The notes under the pieces were generated by a model that saw nothing but the letters and a program-made list of their open reading frames with translations, had not been told where the DNA came from and did no database searches. Of a stretch of 64,000 bases of DNA, positions 61,885-64,000 are shown piece by piece. The stretch is taken from the sequence record NC_048054.1; one strand, given 5' to 3'. Numbering within the stretch: position 1 is the first letter of the stretch; each line of letters begins with the position of its first letter. A program made the translations under genes and the position numbers.

Positions 61885-62628
61885 TTAGAAGAAGTTACTT
61901 TCACAGTCATCGAGGCTACAACGTAGCTTCTGGTAGGCCGCAATTCTTTCTTCTGTTAGATTGATATACTTATCATCAATATTGTACTTCACTCGGATTG
62001 GCACATCGTACCCATCGAGCAAGCCGTGACGTTGATAAACTTCAAGGCGAAGTACCGGTGCGCTGACCCCACCACGTTCCATAATGGTGAGGTCAATCTT
62101 ATCGGCATAAATGAATGGACGTTCGCGCTTACACAAGATGTAGTCAATCTCATGCAAATTAAACAGCGTGAAGTTCATATAGCCGATAATGAACTCGGCT
62201 ATGAGTTTGAACGATTCACTCATGTCCTGCCGAAACTGTTGTGTGAGAATCTGATCAACGTAAGGACGAATCGCCATACGCATCTCATACCAACTCTCAC
62301 AGAACAGCGCGGGAAAGTCTTCAGGATGGTGGGCCATAAGACCCAACACCTCGTTTTCAGTATCTGCAAAGGAACTTAAAATATCAGTGGCATCGTGTTC
62401 CATTTCGACACCACGACCAGTTGAAATGAATCGACGTTCAATGTCTCTCAACCAAGACTCCGACGCAGATAGGTATTGAAGCAATGTTTCTCGTGCGGCA
62501 GCCGTGAAGTTATGCCTGGTAGAGTCTAGGACTTCACCTAGCATAAAGGCTTTCGCTTTGTAGAAATCACCATAGCGTTCGGCGGTGAATCGTCTGAACC
62601 CTATGTTATTCTTCAAATAGCCCATCAT
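61885..62628 (-). CDS. Hypothetical protein
   Basis: 247-aa ORF, coupled. Confidence 0.55.
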   Translation of the reverse strand: MMGYLKNNIGFRRFTAERYGDFYKAKAFMLGEVLDSTRHNFTAAARETLLQYLSASESWLRDIERRFISTGRGVEMEHDATDILSSFADTENEVLGLMAHHPEDFPALFCESWYEMRMAIRPYVDQILTQQFRQDMSESFKLIAEFIIGYMNFTLFNLHEIDYILCKRERPFIYADKIDLTIMERGGVSAPVLRLEVYQRHGLLDGYDVPIRVKYNIDDKYINLTEERIAAYQKLRCSLDDCESNFF

Positions 62629-63143
62629 CGCAATGCCCTCAAATCATTCAACTCCGTGTTGCCTTGAGCATTCGGGGTTGTATAAAGAGAACTGGATATG
62701 CTCTGCAATCGCAGACCGAGCTTCTCAAGTTCTTGTTGGCTCCCACCTAACTTATCAAGCACTTCGCGCATTAGCTCGACTGACACCTGATGGTCTTGGG
62801 ATTGCTGGGATATGATTCGTTCGAAGCGCTGCATCGCACGAAGAACTGAGTTCAATCCCTCTCTCATATCCAAATTATCGACTGGTGCGGAATCGGCGAT
62901 TGACTGAATCAGTCGCATCATCTGCGCTAAGTCGGCTTGCACTATACTGCTATCTGGATTGACAGCAGTAGTTGCGGCTTCCAGCTCTGCATTCCGCTCC
63001 CTCAGTTGCTCCAGTTCTTCAAGCTGAGGCAGTATTTTCCACCAAACATAGCCACCGCCAATGATCAGTAGAACAACAGAGAAGACAGTCGCATAGTTGG
63101 ACGCGAGCAACTTGTCTAAAATTTCCGCCCACATTATATTCAA
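62625..63143 (-). CDS. Membrane-anchored coiled-coil protein
   Basis: N-terminal TM followed by heptad-rich helix. Confidence 0.55.
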   Translation of the reverse strand: MNIMWAEILDKLLASNYATVFSVVLLIIGGGYVWWKILPQLEELEQLRERNAELEAATTAVNPDSSIVQADLAQMMRLIQSIADSAPVDNLDMREGLNSVLRAMQRFERIISQQSQDHQVSVELMREVLDKLGGSQQELEKLGLRLQSISSSLYTTPNAQGNTELNDLRALR

Positions 63144-63424
63144 CCCTTACAGGTGTTGTCGTTCAGATCAACAATAATCCTCTCGGCACCTGGTTCGTTT
63201 ACGTCAGTGGTTTTGTACGTGTGCGCCATCCTAGGCTTGAACTCTAAGCAACTCTGTCCGTACCGACCATCGACGACACAAATGGCAGACAAGCAGCTAA
63301 CATCTTCCTTGAGTATCAAATTTTCAGGAGAGTCGTTGGCACTTCTAACAGCAGTGATCACGAAACCAACCACAGCGAGAGAAACAGCAACGATAATCGC
63401 AATCCTAATTCGCTTGGCTTGCAT
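63140..63424 (-). CDS. Small secreted/membrane protein with Cys residues
   Basis: Basic N-terminus plus hydrophobic segment; four Cys. Confidence 0.5.
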   Translation of the reverse strand: MQAKRIRIAIIVAVSLAVVGFVITAVRSANDSPENLILKEDVSCLSAICVVDGRYGQSCLEFKPRMAHTYKTTDVNEPGAERIIVDLNDNTCKG

Positions 63425-63459
63425 TTCGGGTTCTACCTCATGGTCCTTTTATCTGAGTG

Positions 63460-63465
63460 AAATTA
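63460..63465 (-). promoter_or_regulatory. TAATTT candidate promoter
   Basis: 36 nt upstream of ATG 63424. Confidence 0.35.
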
Positions 63466-63488
63466 GCGAACCACTGATGTACGGAAGG

Positions 63489-63992
63489 TTATTCCTTCAA
63501 TACACCGCCAATCTCCGCAAACATATTTTTGTAGACCAATGAGCCATCCAGCTTATCCAATCGTTCCGCCTGAACATAAAGTCTAGGTGATGTGCGCATG
63601 TTCGCCCACGTCTTTTCATTACGATCAAGTCCACCAAGCATCGGGACAATGACCATACTGAGATTCCTATTTGCTCTGACGAAACCTATGTCAATATGCT
63701 TCCTGTTTATGCTTATGAACAGTCTATTGATTGCGTCCAAACCAACAGGCCGATTGAATTCCGTGTCACTGACAGTATTGACTAAGCTAATGAGAAACCC
63801 TCTCTCCTTGCTTTCAATTTCAAACAGGTCTGCTTTCAAATCACCAACAGTTGACGCAGAGTAATACGACACGTCATGGCCATAGTCTTTGAGGCAAGCA
63901 CCTAGCGTACGGGCTGATTCAATGTGCGCTACGTTATCATCTCGCAGGATATAGACAGGAGCATCGGACTGATATGTCTTCTGCGCAATCAT
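63489..63992 (-). CDS. Hypothetical protein
   Basis: 167-aa ORF near window end. Confidence 0.5.
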   Translation of the reverse strand: MIAQKTYQSDAPVYILRDDNVAHIESARTLGACLKDYGHDVSYYSASTVGDLKADLFEIESKERGFLISLVNTVSDTEFNRPVGLDAINRLFISINRKHIDIGFVRANRNLSMVIVPMLGGLDRNEKTWANMRTSPRLYVQAERLDKLDGSLVYKNMFAEIGGVLKE

Positions 63993-64000
63993 GCTGATAA

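Noticed and set aside
62625-63424. T4 T/RI-like holin-antiholin pair
   Set aside because: Topology is loosely compatible but there is no sequence resemblance, and a separate lysis cassette exists at 44.4-45.5 kb
1-64000. tRNA, rRNA, CRISPR array, integrase/att sites
   Set aside because: No cloverleaf/T-loop signature, regular repeat-spacer pattern or recombinase motif found by eye; tRNAscan-SE and CRISPR finders would be decisive

Overview
A 64-kb segment of a large lytic tailed phage genome, most likely an Enterobacterales jumbo myovirus. This is inferred from gene content and resembles the 'hairy' Erwinia/Dickeya jumbo phages; no database search was run. Bases 1-44.3 kb are densely coding on the + strand: DnaB-like helicase, intein-containing large terminase, portal, 5'-3' exonuclease, macrodomain, Dam, dCMP deaminase, ThyA, MazG-like, ParB-like, an intein-containing C5-cytosine methyltransferase homolog, ASCH, DUF4326, an HD hydrolase and many small hypothetical genes. 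Bases 44.4-64 kb are on the - strand: a holin/spanin cassette and a long array of paralogous virion/fibre-like genes. The most notable signal is a candidate DNA hypermodification pathway. An operon at 12233-15554 encodes a CmoA-like carboxy-SAM synthase, a DUF1611/DgcN-like enzyme, an asparagine-synthetase-like amide ligase and a racemase-like protein. A distal C5-MTase has Arg in place of the motif X Asn, the kind of change known to convert C5-MTases into carboxymethyltransferases. Other highlights: a 54-aa protein ending in the NrdA redox tail (GCESGACKI), a frameshifted Toprim gene, an 8-codon micro-ORF with a perfect SD, two recurring promoter-like motifs, and an RBS-sequestering hairpin with a promoter motif in its loop. 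I saw no tRNA, rRNA, CRISPR array, integrase or reverse transcriptase. All family assignments come from motif recognition by eye.
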